From contig OZ001293.3 in assembly GCA_963921275.4 (NCBI GenBank), positions 5,152,001-5,216,000 of the forward strand: a stretch of 64,000 nucleotides of DNA, in the 5' to 3' direction. Under the pieces are notes generated by a model. That model searched no databases and was not told the origin of the DNA. It worked only from the letters and a program-made list of their open reading frames with translations. The translations under genes and the position numbers were made by a program. This DNA is from an uncultured Hormoscilla sp. GTDB lineage: Bacteria > Cyanobacteriota > Cyanobacteriia > Cyanobacteriales > Desertifilaceae. This document shows positions 48,701 to 59,473 of the stretch, piece by piece. Each line of letters begins with the position of its first letter. The first letter of the stretch is position 1.

Positions 48701-49273
48701 AGTAATGAATCACTCCCATCCTTGGGGAATGATTGGGGATTTGACGATTGGGGTTTGCCAGAGGTAGAGTCAGTGAAGACCAGATCGCCTGATTCCCAGG
48801 ACGATAATGAGGCGATTCGGGACTTCGATATCTCTGGGGAGCGATATTCGCACTACCCCAGAGATATCGAAGATTCGTCAGATGTGAGTCTGGATGGGTT
48901 TTTAGATGATATAAGCTCAGCAGCTCCAGGGCCAGAAACGAAAAGGGATGAATCACTCCCCTCCTCTTCGATATCTTCTGGGAGCGCTACCCGCACTACC
49001 CAGAAGATATCGGGGAATGATTGGGGATTTGACGATTGGGGTTTGTCAGATATAGATGAGGGAACCTCGGCACCAGAGCAGAAGCTCTCCGACTCGGTTT
49101 CGGGAACGGGAGAATCCCTTTCAGAGGAAAATCAGGCGCTGGCGGTGGATGAGTTTGATGATTTCTTTGCTGATGTGCCATCAACGGACTCAGAACGGTC
49201 GGCTCCCAGGGATCCTAAGGCTGGGGTGAAGACGGGCAGCCCTTCAACGTGTATTAATACCTACTTTACGTAA
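45781..49273 (+). pseudogene. Large coiled-coil / acidic low-complexity protein, broken into three ORFs
   Basis: 45757-46878 and 46927-48525 are in the same frame, separated by one TAG; repeated DWGFDDW and EEDPDPTWISL units continue in 48722-49273. Confidence 0.65.
48008..48051. repeat. Representative ~44-bp palindromic dispersed repeat (about 17 loci in the window)
   Basis: CGATGTCTCCGGAGAGCGCTAGAAGCACTACTCCGGAGACATCG. Confidence 0.85.
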
Positions 49274-49376
49274 TCCGCTTTGTAATAGGTGAGGATTATC
49301 ACTGTACTTGTAGCGGCTGCGAACATTGACATACCCACCAAGGTTTGTGTATTATGTGCATAATGATTTCATATTA

Positions 49377-49519
49377 ACTCAAGTTGCTACCTATTAAAAT
49401 TGCTACGTCCCAGACAGCCATTTTTTGCAAATATATCCGAAAAAATGCCATTCTGGGATAAGTCACAAGGCATTTTTTGCTGATTTTGGTGTTGAGGTTC
49501 TATAGGTAGCAACTTAGGT
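49377..49519. mobile_element. MITE with IS982-type ends (second copy)
   Basis: ACTCAAGTTGCTACCTAT...ATAGGTAGCAACTTAGGT flanked by a TATTA direct repeat. Confidence 0.85.
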
Positions 49520-49843
49520 TATTACCAAGTGACGTGCGGAATGTGGATAATAAGCTATCGGATTTGCTCTTATAACTAAAATAGGGAACTCAAGCGTAAA
49601 TAATTGGACAAATTATCCAGTCGTCTGGATTCACCAGTTGGTACAGCCATAGAAATTGGGGAATTGATTTTTACCGAACTCCCATACAGAAAATATTGAG
49701 CGCAAAAACAAAGATTCGCCTTGCCGCAGGTGTATTATACTTATAATGAGAACAGCCATATAGTGTTTTTCAATCTGGTGAGGTATAGCATAATGATGCT
49801 ACCACGCTTTTGTGCCAATAACACTGCCCATGGCTGCGCCACG

Positions 49844-50585
49844 CTACGGGATGGGGGCGCAGCCATAGAATGTCAACACGACTGTACGGGCGCATCTAAA
49901 GGTTGGGGGTTGACATTGGGGCTGAGGAGAAAAGGGTATCTCCCGCGTTTTGACCCAAGCCAAGCGAAGATAGAGGAGATGCTCAAAGCCCGTGGAACTC
50001 CAACCCATACCCACCCCCTTAAAGCGTTGCTGAATTAACCATTTACAAGCACTCTCCACAAGGCCAGAACCCAAAGACAACTGCTCCTGTTCAAAGGCCG
50101 AATAAGCCACATGCTGGAGGTGATTTTAGAAATCTGCTTGGACTTGTGCCAGTACTTTCATGGATTCGGCGTTCAAAGTCACTCGATTCACCAGCCGAGT
50201 CAACTCCATGAGCACTTGGGTATGTTTGCCATGGCGCAGGAGATGTCGCCAGCGCTCAAAACAAATCTCAGCCGCTTCGGGGTCATGACCCAACCAAGCA
50301 GTCACCGCTCGCCATAGATGGCCTGCTGCATGGTCAAAGTCTAGAATACCGACCGCACAGTCGCCAAAAGCCTACTCCACCATCACGCTCGCCATACCAC
50401 CTTCGGTGCTTGATGTAGTCCTTGGTGCAATGATTCCCAAAGCCATCGGGGCTTTAAGATATCAATCTCTCCCAAAACTGCGACCAAGCGCCGTTGACAC
50501 AGACGGGTATAAAGCTTGCCTGTAGCGGTTTTGAGCAATTGTAAACGAGCTATTACCGCGACATGGAATAAAGCTCACCCGCAGA
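49844..50585 (-). pseudogene. ISKra4/ISLre2-like transposase remnants
   Basis: LGSGLVESACKWLIQQRFKGVGM.WS; ILDFDHAAGH-like segment. Confidence 0.65.
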
Positions 50586-50587
50586 AG

Positions 50588-51259
50588 CTAATCCCGATCT
50601 GCAAAAATATAGCGAGCATAAGCTAAACACAAGCGGGCCTGTTCAATCTCAGATAAATCAGTCCAATTAGCCTTCGCCACCAAGCCCTGAATAGCCTCAA
50701 TGGCAGCATCAGTATCAGTTCCCCGCATAGCGTAAGCAAAAGGACGGGCTAAAACCTGCAAGTCTTCTACTGCCCACTGAGGCATTACCTCATAGGTACA
50801 TTGTACTAATTGCTCTGCCAGAGTAAGAGAGGAATTTTTTAGCTGCTTCACCTGGTGGCCGATCGCCTGTAGTAAAGCTGCGGGTATCTTGTTCGCAAAC
50901 TGGTCTTCCAGAACATTGGCCATTGTCTCGGGTGTCGCAGCATCCCAGAGTCGATCGAGATGGGCGAAAAATATTTGCGCACCCGCCGCCACTTCTGGCT
51001 CTGGTCTGTCTGTCAAGCTTGCGGTAGATGCTTCGAGTTCAGTAAAATAGGTTTGGGACTCTCTGGTCAGCGAACTCCAGGGATAAGTATATTCGGTAAA
51101 GCAAAGGGCTTGGAATAATTCAATCTCAGCTTCAGATCGAGAAGATAAAAAATACTGTGGCTGTATTTCTTGAGAAGGATTATTTAATCTTCTTTCGCCC
51201 CCTTCAAGGGAGTTGGTTGAGGGGAGATATTTGTCGTTCATAACACTATGTGAGGGCAC
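50588..51259 (-). CDS. Hypothetical protein
   Basis: 223 aa ORF with YPW, LVQC...PQWAVEDLQVLARPFAYAMRG, WTDLSEIEQARL. Confidence 0.7.
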   Translation of the reverse strand: MPSHSVMNDKYLPSTNSLEGGERRLNNPSQEIQPQYFLSSRSEAEIELFQALCFTEYTYPWSSLTRESQTYFTELEASTASLTDRPEPEVAAGAQIFFAHLDRLWDAATPETMANVLEDQFANKIPAALLQAIGHQVKQLKNSSLTLAEQLVQCTYEVMPQWAVEDLQVLARPFAYAMRGTDTDAAIEAIQGLVAKANWTDLSEIEQARLCLAYARYIFADRD

Positions 51260-51729
51260 TGCTCTATTAACTGGCTATAGGTAGCTACATCTTAATTGCG
51301 GCTGTTTCCGTAACCGATTCCGAAATATATTTTTAATTAGGAAGATAGATGCAACAGTCAACTCGCGCCGCCACAGCAGCTATCTGCTTCACCTGCGGCG
51401 ATCGCCTGTGGTTTATGAAGATATCAGAACTAATCGCCCCAGCATGGCAGACGCGGGCGGGTGCTTAAGCATGTACCAGGCCAAGTAACCACTAACAACT
51501 GACTCGGACAGGCGAGCGATGTCTCCTGGGTAGTGCGTAAGGCGCGAGGTATGTCCCCTTTTGTGCGATTAGCGCTCTGTATCTCCCCTTTTGTGCGATT
51601 ACGATGTCTCCGGAGTAGTGCTTCTAGTGCTCTGATGGAGACATCGAGCTCCCAGGAGATACCTCGCCCCGGGACATACCTCGCCCCAGGAGACATCGAG
51701 CCGGTCCTACAAACTGACCGTCGAGCTGG

Positions 51730-53496
51730 TTACTGGCCACTGGTCGCTGAAATCGCGAACTCCAACATTTGACCTTGGGAACTGCCAAACTTCAGCTTGA
51801 CTCCAGATTTCAGTTCATATTCTTGATGATGGATTTTTCTCCAGCCATCCGACTCACAAATCAAGGTGCCATAGCGAGAAAAATCTCGCAGCCAGTAAGT
51901 CACCTCCCCGTCACCATTGCCCACAGGTTCGCGGCAGATAATTTCCGCATGCCTTTGAGAAACCCACTTCTCGCCAATGACGATGTCATTCTCTGGTCGC
52001 CTGCCTACTCGCATGAGTCCCCCCGTAACTTGCCATACCTGGGGGGCCGTATCTTCTAAAGACCGGATGCTAGCGTGAGGCTGATTTTTTTGCCGACTCG
52101 ACAAATAATTTTCTGGTAGTTCAGTCACCCCTTCCTCTAGAGGCATAATTAGTTCCCCATCAAACTCTGGATGCATATACAGAACTGGCAAAGTCCAAGC
52201 AGGTTGATTGAACTTATAAAGGGTGACCAACTGCTGCCGCGCTGCTGCCACCGCCCCATCGATCGGCAGGCGATTCGCCAAGGCCCCAGCAAAAGCCTGA
52301 ATAAAACTGAGGGCCTCTCGATCGGCAATTTCCTCACGCATTCCCAAAACTGCTGGCACCCCATGATGTAACAGTAGCTCCGCCAAGCTGCTACGGGGAA
52401 TCACCCGATCTCCGTCAGTATCCGGTTGAGCGCCCCAGCAGGCATTAAACACGGCCAATATCACCCGAGAGCGAGTCAATACTTGAGCCAGTTCCGTGCC
52501 AGACATGGTAACATCCGGTTGTAAAAACAGCAACCCACCATCTGGATCTGGGACACCGTGACCTCCATAGAAAAACACGTTGTAGACTTTTGTTTCCAGA
52601 CGTGCTATTAATTTAGCTGGGGTGGGCTGAATTAGGGTATCCACATTACAGGGCACTGGCATTTCGCCAACTCCCGCCTGTTGATATTGTCCTGGCGGTG
52701 TCTCCTGGGTAGTGCGATTAGTGATCCCAGGAGACGCAGATTTTTGCAGAATTTCAGCCACTACAGCTGCTTCCTGCTCCAGCTGCAAGAGCAGTCGATC
52801 TGATTTTTGCTGCCGAGGCAAGTCTGGTAATATTTTTCTCTGTCCATCCCCCTGCTGCCAGGATTGAGTGCTTGTCGGTGTTGACTGGCCAAAAACCAGT
52901 AGAATATTTAATGCTTGGTCGCTGCGTCTGGGTGGCAGGGGGTCAACATCACTGGTCGTGCGACTAAATAACAATTGCTCAGATAGGGAAATCACCTGTT
53001 TTCCCGCCTGACGTTGCATAATTTCCCAAGGTAGGGTGATTATATTTGGATCTCTGATTTCCAGCCGCAGCCGCAGGGGTTTATTTTGGCCAATGGCAAT
53101 GCCCAGACTTTGAGAGAAACTACTCTGAATCTGGCCATTATTATACACCCACTGCCATAGTCCCATCCCCAGCTTTTGCATCAGCTGGCTACTATAGCTT
53201 GATTTCTCACTCCCAGAGTCCGAAATTGCCTCTAGCATTGATTCCATTTCTGGCACATTCACTGGTGGCAAGTGGAGCTGGCGAGGCAACCCTTGCATCT
53301 GAAACATCTCCTGCCATGCTTGCCAGGTTCTGCTCAGCTGCTCTGGCCATATACAGTCATGGTGAACGTGGCCCCCTGGATAAGGAGCCTTGAGCACCCA
53401 TATGGCAAAATGTGCCGATTTCCTGTGGAAACTCTCCGCCGTCGCCATCATCCGGGCGATCGCAATACTGAGCGTCGGATACTCAAACTGAGACAT
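51730..53496 (-). CDS. CHAT (caspase-like) domain plus C-terminal FHA domain protein
   Basis: LPWEIM, FFYGGHG, AVFNACWG (His/Cys dyad), AWTLPVLY; FHA GRR...VSQRHA...SRYGT. Confidence 0.88.
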   Translation of the reverse strand: MSQFEYPTLSIAIARMMATAESFHRKSAHFAIWVLKAPYPGGHVHHDCIWPEQLSRTWQAWQEMFQMQGLPRQLHLPPVNVPEMESMLEAISDSGSEKSSYSSQLMQKLGMGLWQWVYNNGQIQSSFSQSLGIAIGQNKPLRLRLEIRDPNIITLPWEIMQRQAGKQVISLSEQLLFSRTTSDVDPLPPRRSDQALNILLVFGQSTPTSTQSWQQGDGQRKILPDLPRQQKSDRLLLQLEQEAAVVAEILQKSASPGITNRTTQETPPGQYQQAGVGEMPVPCNVDTLIQPTPAKLIARLETKVYNVFFYGGHGVPDPDGGLLFLQPDVTMSGTELAQVLTRSRVILAVFNACWGAQPDTDGDRVIPRSSLAELLLHHGVPAVLGMREEIADREALSFIQAFAGALANRLPIDGAVAAARQQLVTLYKFNQPAWTLPVLYMHPEFDGELIMPLEEGVTELPENYLSSRQKNQPHASIRSLEDTAPQVWQVTGGLMRVGRRPENDIVIGEKWVSQRHAEIICREPVGNGDGEVTYWLRDFSRYGTLICESDGWRKIHHQEYELKSGVKLKFGSSQGQMLEFAISATSGQ

Positions 53497-53851
53497 TTAA
53501 TACCATTTATCTCAAATTAAAGGTGTAGTAGTTTTTTACCAGTCTACCAAAGAGTTGGATGGTGATCCATCTCTATTTGGGAAAGCTACAGTTTACATAG
53601 AGAGCTACAGTTGTCAGAGATGGTATATAAATATTATCATATCAAGTGACCACGTGGCAGGCCGTGTCACCCCTAGGAGCACTACCCAGGGGACGCCGAT
53701 CGCCACTCGCACTACCCGAGGGACACGGCGCCGAAGCACCAGCCCGACGTACCAGGACGGCTTACCGGACCGATGGTACGATCTAGTTAATCTCCGACAT
53801 TTGTTGCATATATAAAGAGCAAAAATAGAACATAAAATTAGGATCCTTGAG

Positions 53852-55180
53852 TTGCGCAGCAATATCAAATATAAAATTAGTATGACGAACTATCCAGTTG
53901 ATAAAGGATTTATAAGATTTGTGACTAGCCTTGGCGAGCAGTCACAGACGGTTGAGCTGAACATCCGTCAGGAGGTTGCGATCGGACGAGACCCTAGCTG
54001 CCAGATTATTCTTGATTCACTTATTTATAGTGGTGTTTCTAGGCGTCATGCTGCCGTCTGTCCCCTGGCAGAGGCAGGCAGTTGGGAAATTTGTGACCTG
54101 AAGAGCGCTAATGGTACTTATGTAAATAACCAACGGATCTCAGGATGCCAAATTTTGCAGCCAGGCGATCGGATCGTGCTAGGTCAGAACATCGCAGAGT
54201 TAGTCTTTGAGGTGCAAGGGACATCCCCTCCTACTCAAGCATCAGCCCCGAGAACGACAGGTTCCGTGTCTCTCACCCAGCTTCTGCCCATTCTCTCAAC
54301 TGGAGCTTCCCTGATCGACAAAGCTTATCTAGTACCTGGTATCGTTACAGTTATATTTGTGGTGTCGATGTTTGCCACGATCGGCAACTTCGTCACTTTC
54401 GCCCTACTATTAGCAGCTTACTTATCCGGAGCGGCGTTCTACTTTGTCTACCAACTCTGCGGCAAACCTAAGCCTTGGTGGTTACTACTGGCTTTTGCCC
54501 TGCTCACTATCCTGATGATAGCGAGTCCCGTTCTGCATGGTTTTATAATCGTTTTTCGTGATTTCTTACCTGGCGATGTCGCTAGCTTGCCCTCAAATGC
54601 TAATTTTTTCTCTAACTTAATCGCTCACTTTTTTGGGGCGGGTTTGCTAGAGGAGTTACTCAAGGCATTGCCAGTGTTTGCTGCCTATTTCCTCGGACTG
54701 CTGTTAAGTTCCCCCTGGCGACAACGGATTGGCGTTTGCGAACCCCTGGATGGCATCTTGTTGGGCAGTGCTTCTGCGGTGGGCTTTACCTTGATAGAAA
54801 CTTTAGGGCAGTATGTTCCGGGGATTGTTATTGAGGTGACACGACAGTCAGGGAAAGGATTCGGACAATTAGCAGGTTTGCAACTTCTAATTCCCAGAGT
54901 TTTAGGTTCCGTTGTCGGACATATGGCCTACAGCGGCTATTTCGGGTATTTTATTGGGCTGAGCGTTTTGAGACCTAAGAAGCGTTGGCGCATTCTTTTA
55001 ATTGGCTATCTAAGTGCCTCAATGCTGCATGCTCTCTGGAACTCTTCGAGAGTTTTGGGTTCTTGGGTTTTGGCCTTAGTCGGAGCTTTGTCCTATGCCT
55101 TCTTAGCAGCAGCTATTCTTAAGGCTAGGGAACTTTCTCCTACCCGATCGCAGAATTTTGCCACTCACATTAAACCTTAA
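53852..55180 (+). CDS. FHA domain plus PrsW-family intramembrane protease (start likely 53882)
   Basis: IGRDP...SRRHA...SANGTYVN; GLLEELLKALP, GFTLIET, GHMAYSG, LHALWN. Confidence 0.9.
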   Translation: MRSNIKYKISMTNYPVDKGFIRFVTSLGEQSQTVELNIRQEVAIGRDPSCQIILDSLIYSGVSRRHAAVCPLAEAGSWEICDLKSANGTYVNNQRISGCQILQPGDRIVLGQNIAELVFEVQGTSPPTQASAPRTTGSVSLTQLLPILSTGASLIDKAYLVPGIVTVIFVVSMFATIGNFVTFALLLAAYLSGAAFYFVYQLCGKPKPWWLLLAFALLTILMIASPVLHGFIIVFRDFLPGDVASLPSNANFFSNLIAHFFGAGLLEELLKALPVFAAYFLGLLLSSPWRQRIGVCEPLDGILLGSASAVGFTLIETLGQYVPGIVIEVTRQSGKGFGQLAGLQLLIPRVLGSVVGHMAYSGYFGYFIGLSVLRPKKRWRILLIGYLSASMLHALWNSSRVLGSWVLALVGALSYAFLAAAILKARELSPTRSQNFATHIKP

Positions 55181-55454
55181 TCTGGTTAATTACTAATTGA
55201 CTTGCAGTCATAGCTAAATGTAGGGTCAGCAACGAAGCGCCCACCAGACGCTACAACGGGTGCATCTCAGATTTGCTTGCTTGAGCAATTCAAAATTCAA
55301 AATTCTTTCTTCAAAATTCAAAATTCAGAAGTAAAAATTGAGAATTGCTCCATTTTCCATAGCGCTACGCGCACTGTGTATACGCCATTTGCAATTAGCA
55401 CGATTACATTCGCAAATACAAATGCTTGCATTGAGATGCTCCCCGCTACAACTA

Positions 55455-57467
55455 TTAGTTTGATATGGGTGGTGGTAGATTGTCTGGTGGCTCTTCTGGT
55501 GGTGGCTCTTCTGGTGGTGGAGTTTCATCAGGTCGATCCACTGCTGGTAATAATCTATCTTGAAGTTTCTTTTTGAGCCGATCAAACTTTGATATAATTT
55601 CAGCTGACCGCTCGTCAACCAATTTCCTGAATGATGGATACTTTAAGTAAGTCCAGATGCTCCCTCCACTTATTATCGCTATCAAGATTAAAATACCTGC
55701 TAATCTAGCAGCCCATCTACCATATCGGGGCCCATGAATTCTGTCCTTTACTGCTATAGAAGTCGTCGCACCAGTAGTATCCGAGTTTCTATATAGAGAA
55801 GCTTGCCAAATTTCTGCTTTATCCTCGAAGGGAGAGAGTTGATATGGCTCTCCCAGCTTGGTTAAAGGCTGTACTTTTCGATCTGTTTGCTGCACTTGAC
55901 AATGGACTAACCCCACCGTAACATTATCATGACCATTTTCAGTGTTAGCAATATTTACCAGACTCTTGGCTACTCTCGCCAGATCGACATTTTCCTGTAT
56001 AATTCGCAGAATCTCTGACCTCCAATGTTCCTCTACCCGATCGTTATCACTCAACCCATCTGAGCACAGCAGAAAAACACAGTCTGAGTCCAATATCAAC
56101 CGCCCTACCGTCGGGTGCAGCGTCATTGAGGCACTCATACCTAATGCTTGGATCAGGTAACCGGATGTAATCTGTTGCAAGGCATCCCGATAGAAAGCAT
56201 AGCCCAAGCGTACCTCTCTAGATGCTACATCATCATCTAGGGTTACTTGATCGCAACCATCTTCTGTAATCCAATAGACCCGAGAATCTCCCACATGCGC
56301 GATGTAGGTTTCATAATCCTGCACAACTGTCATCACCACAGTTGTGCCCATGCGTTGCCGATACTGCCGGTCTTCATTATCATTGCGATCGCTAATCCGA
56401 TCGTTGGCATCTCGGATTGCCTGGTCTAGTGTTTGATATAGGTTTGACCGGTTCCCACCCGATCTGGCAAGCTGATTGACTCGATCCCCGATGGTGTCGA
56501 TCGCCAGATTTGAGGCCACATTGCCTCCTTTATGTCCGCCAATGCCATCACAGACGATCGTCAAAGCACAGTTCCTGTCTGCTGGCTTTAGTACCTTACC
56601 ACTGGATGGATAACAGGCATCTTCGTTGCGTCCGCGAGTAGGGCCCTTATCGCTGAGGGTAGCAATCTGGCATTGGACAGATTGGGCCGCTGAGCAATGA
56701 GCTAATGCATAATCTAACTGATCTATCAGTTCCTGCCATTCCAGTTGTTCTTTGCTCAGTTGACTAGATAGTTTTTTCAGAAATTCGGCAATTTCTGGTT
56801 GGGCATCGGGGGCCCATTTCGACCATAGCTTACCTAAATTTTTCAGACTGCTAAGAGATTTCTGGTCTGATTTCAACTCCAACAGACACAGTAAGTGACC
56901 TCGGCACCGCAGCAGATTTTCCTCTAGCAATGTCGAAGCTACATTCTGATTGCTGAGGGCCTTCCACAGCTGGGCTATCTGCCACAGCCAATTCAACTGG
57001 CGCATGACACTTGCCTGCTTCCAGACGTTAGTTAATTCTGGCAATAATGGGTTATCAGTTTCGGCCGACTCTAATTTCGAGATGTCGATCGGTCCTTTTT
57101 CCAGCAGCAGGATCGATTTTCCGGAGCCAGAACCTGCTGATACCAGTGCATAGGCTTGGGGGACATGCAGCCGATAGGGGAAAAGTCTCAGATAGGGTAC
57201 TGCCCGTGAGGGAATCTCATCTGGGGGTGCTTCCGGCGGTTCCCCGGGTTTGGCGTCCAGAAAAATCCGATCTGCTTTGCGTATATAACGTCCGTTACCC
57301 AAAGTCGATGGACAGCGTTCTTTGCTGACAGCCCACAGATAGCGTTTTGGTATCCTACTGCTGCATTGGGAGCAGAAATTATTTTTCTCGTCATTTGGAG
57401 TTTGACAATCTGGATTGGGGCAGTTTATGTTTGCCGCAGTTTTTTGCATGGAATTTCCTCGCGCCAA
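55455..57467 (-). CDS. PP2C-family Ser/Thr phosphatase with N-terminal Zn ribbon and C-terminal TM helix
   Basis: CPNPDC...CSQC; RGRNEDA, VCDGIGGH, HVGDSR, LCSDGL, GHDNVT. Confidence 0.9.
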   Translation of the reverse strand: MARGNSMQKTAANINCPNPDCQTPNDEKNNFCSQCSSRIPKRYLWAVSKERCPSTLGNGRYIRKADRIFLDAKPGEPPEAPPDEIPSRAVPYLRLFPYRLHVPQAYALVSAGSGSGKSILLLEKGPIDISKLESAETDNPLLPELTNVWKQASVMRQLNWLWQIAQLWKALSNQNVASTLLEENLLRCRGHLLCLLELKSDQKSLSSLKNLGKLWSKWAPDAQPEIAEFLKKLSSQLSKEQLEWQELIDQLDYALAHCSAAQSVQCQIATLSDKGPTRGRNEDACYPSSGKVLKPADRNCALTIVCDGIGGHKGGNVASNLAIDTIGDRVNQLARSGGNRSNLYQTLDQAIRDANDRISDRNDNEDRQYRQRMGTTVVMTVVQDYETYIAHVGDSRVYWITEDGCDQVTLDDDVASREVRLGYAFYRDALQQITSGYLIQALGMSASMTLHPTVGRLILDSDCVFLLCSDGLSDNDRVEEHWRSEILRIIQENVDLARVAKSLVNIANTENGHDNVTVGLVHCQVQQTDRKVQPLTKLGEPYQLSPFEDKAEIWQASLYRNSDTTGATTSIAVKDRIHGPRYGRWAARLAGILILIAIISGGSIWTYLKYPSFRKLVDERSAEIISKFDRLKKKLQDRLLPAVDRPDETPPPEEPPPEEPPDNLPPPISN

Positions 57468-57659
57468 TGAGCTAGGGGTTTGTGATTTTTCCGATTTTTC
57501 CGGAACGGTGGGCTAGCGACCAGTTATCAGCAATTTCAGCCCACGAGGTGACTCTTCGTCGGTCTGTACTCCCCGTTTTCTAGGTTATAATCTTTAGCGT
57601 TTGCCGTTTTTAGTAAACGCTTTAGCGTTTGCCTATTCAATCCATTATAGATCGCTATC

Positions 57660-58640
57660 ATGACCACTATATCTGCAGACACTACCAGTACTACTACTCA
57701 TACCTGGAGCTGGCGAGGTTTTCCCATCCGCTATCAAACTCAAGGAACTACCGGTCTGTGTCCCCCCTTTTGTGCGAGTAGCGCATGCGCTGCGCGCACG
57801 CTACGCGATCCCGGGGGATACAGACCTGCTGTGGTGATGGTGCATGGCTTTGGGGCTTCCTGCGCCCACTGGCGTAAAAACTTGCCAGTGCTGGGGACTG
57901 CTTGCCGTTGTTATGCGATCGACTTGATCGGTTTTGGCGGTTCCGCCAAACCTACTCCTGGGGTAGATATCGACTATACCTTTGCCATCTGGGGAGAGCA
58001 AATTGCTGATTTTTGTCAGGAAGTCGTGGGCGATCGGGTTTTTTTGGTAGGCAATTCCATTGGTTGTATTGCCCTGATGCAGGCAGCTGTAGATTATCCA
58101 GATCTGGCTTATGGAGTGGTGCTGATCGACTGTTCCCTGCGGCTATTACACGAGCGCAGACGACACCAGCTATCATGGCATCAACGATTTGGAGCCCCCA
58201 TCCTGCAAAATCTGCTAGCAGTCAAATGGATTGGGCAGCTATTCTTCAATCAAATTGCCCAGCCCCAAGTTGTGCGCAAGATTCTCCTGCAAGCCTACAA
58301 GCGTCCAGAAGCTGTCACCGACGAACTGGTAGACTTGCTGATCGCACCTGCCAGGGATACCGGTGCTGTCGATGTGTTTCTCGCCTTCACCCGCTATTCT
58401 ACTGGGCCACTTCCCGAAGCTCTCTTAGCCGAACTGAAATGTCCCGCTTTGATCCTCTGGGGAACGGAAGATCCGTGGGAACCGGTAGACCTGGGGCGTC
58501 AGTTAGCTGAATTTCCAGCAGTAGAGAAGTTTATTCCCCTGGCAGGTGTGGGACATTGCCCCCAAGATGAGGCACCGGAGCTAGTTAATCCGATTTTACT
58601 CGATTGGATCGAGGAGTTGCAAGGTAAAAATCAAAATTAA
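57660..58640 (+). CDS. Alpha/beta-fold hydrolase with an in-frame repeat insert
   Basis: HGFGAS, DLIGFGGS, GNSIG, WGTEDPW, GHCPQDE. Confidence 0.9.
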   Translation: MTTISADTTSTTTHTWSWRGFPIRYQTQGTTGLCPPFCASSACAARTLRDPGGYRPAVVMVHGFGASCAHWRKNLPVLGTACRCYAIDLIGFGGSAKPTPGVDIDYTFAIWGEQIADFCQEVVGDRVFLVGNSIGCIALMQAAVDYPDLAYGVVLIDCSLRLLHERRRHQLSWHQRFGAPILQNLLAVKWIGQLFFNQIAQPQVVRKILLQAYKRPEAVTDELVDLLIAPARDTGAVDVFLAFTRYSTGPLPEALLAELKCPALILWGTEDPWEPVDLGRQLAEFPAVEKFIPLAGVGHCPQDEAPELVNPILLDWIEELQGKNQN

Positions 58641-58777
58641 AATATTTTTTCTTGTTCGCTTGACTTTCAGTGAACTAAAACAGTTGACAGGTGTAGAGGC
58701 CGATCGATGTAAAAAAGCAAGAATTAAACTGCATACCACCGGCTCCATACTGTTTGGGTATGACTTAAGGAGTTGAT

Positions 58778-59272
58778 TTACTCTACTGGGATGTCCTTAC
58801 GCTTCTGTACCAAGAGTAGGAGCGCAAACATTGCTGCCATTAGAATGCCCAATATACCCCAATGTCTAACCACATTCACCTTGAACGCAGAGCCATAATC
58901 TTCATGGAATTTGCGAATTATACCTTCTGCTTCACCGATGGCACTTTCCCGTTTTTCCTTCCACTCGCTATACTGCACTTGCCAGCTATTTACATCTTTT
59001 TTGTACTGACTGAGCTTATTCTTGTATGTCTCAAATTCCCTTGGATCTGACTGAAACTCACCTGGAGCTTCTGGTTTATCCGGTTCCGGCTTGTCTACAG
59101 CCTGGTTGTATTTTGCCTTAAGGCCAGGAAACTCACATTGTTTGAACAGTTGGGATCCTAAGCATGTGCAGCGTTCCTTTTCAGCCTTAGTCAGGTCTTT
59201 AGGTTTATTCTCTGACTGCTCGGAGAAGCACTTATCATCGGCTAGATCAGAACCTATGCCTGTTATTGTCAC
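58778..59272 (-). pseudogene. C-terminal fragment, probably of an ABC transporter permease region
   Basis: No plausible start; ends with a TM helix then VQKRKD. Confidence 0.5.
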
Positions 59273-59473
59273 CAGGGAAAACGCATCTAAATTTTTTTGA
59301 CAAAAAACGGCTCTTATGCTACGAACAATTTTTTCTGACCATATTTGACAAGAAACGATATATATGGTACTATAAGGACTCGATCGGTTAATTGGCCTAA
59401 AAATGTGGTAAACTTTGTATCATGGCTACCAACAGCCGAGACAGCTCTAGATGGCTAGGCTTCCAGCTCACAG

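Noticed and set aside
51518..51715. Clustered repeats resembling a CRISPR array
   Set aside because: Irregular spacing, no unique spacers and no cas genes; these are nested dispersed repeats
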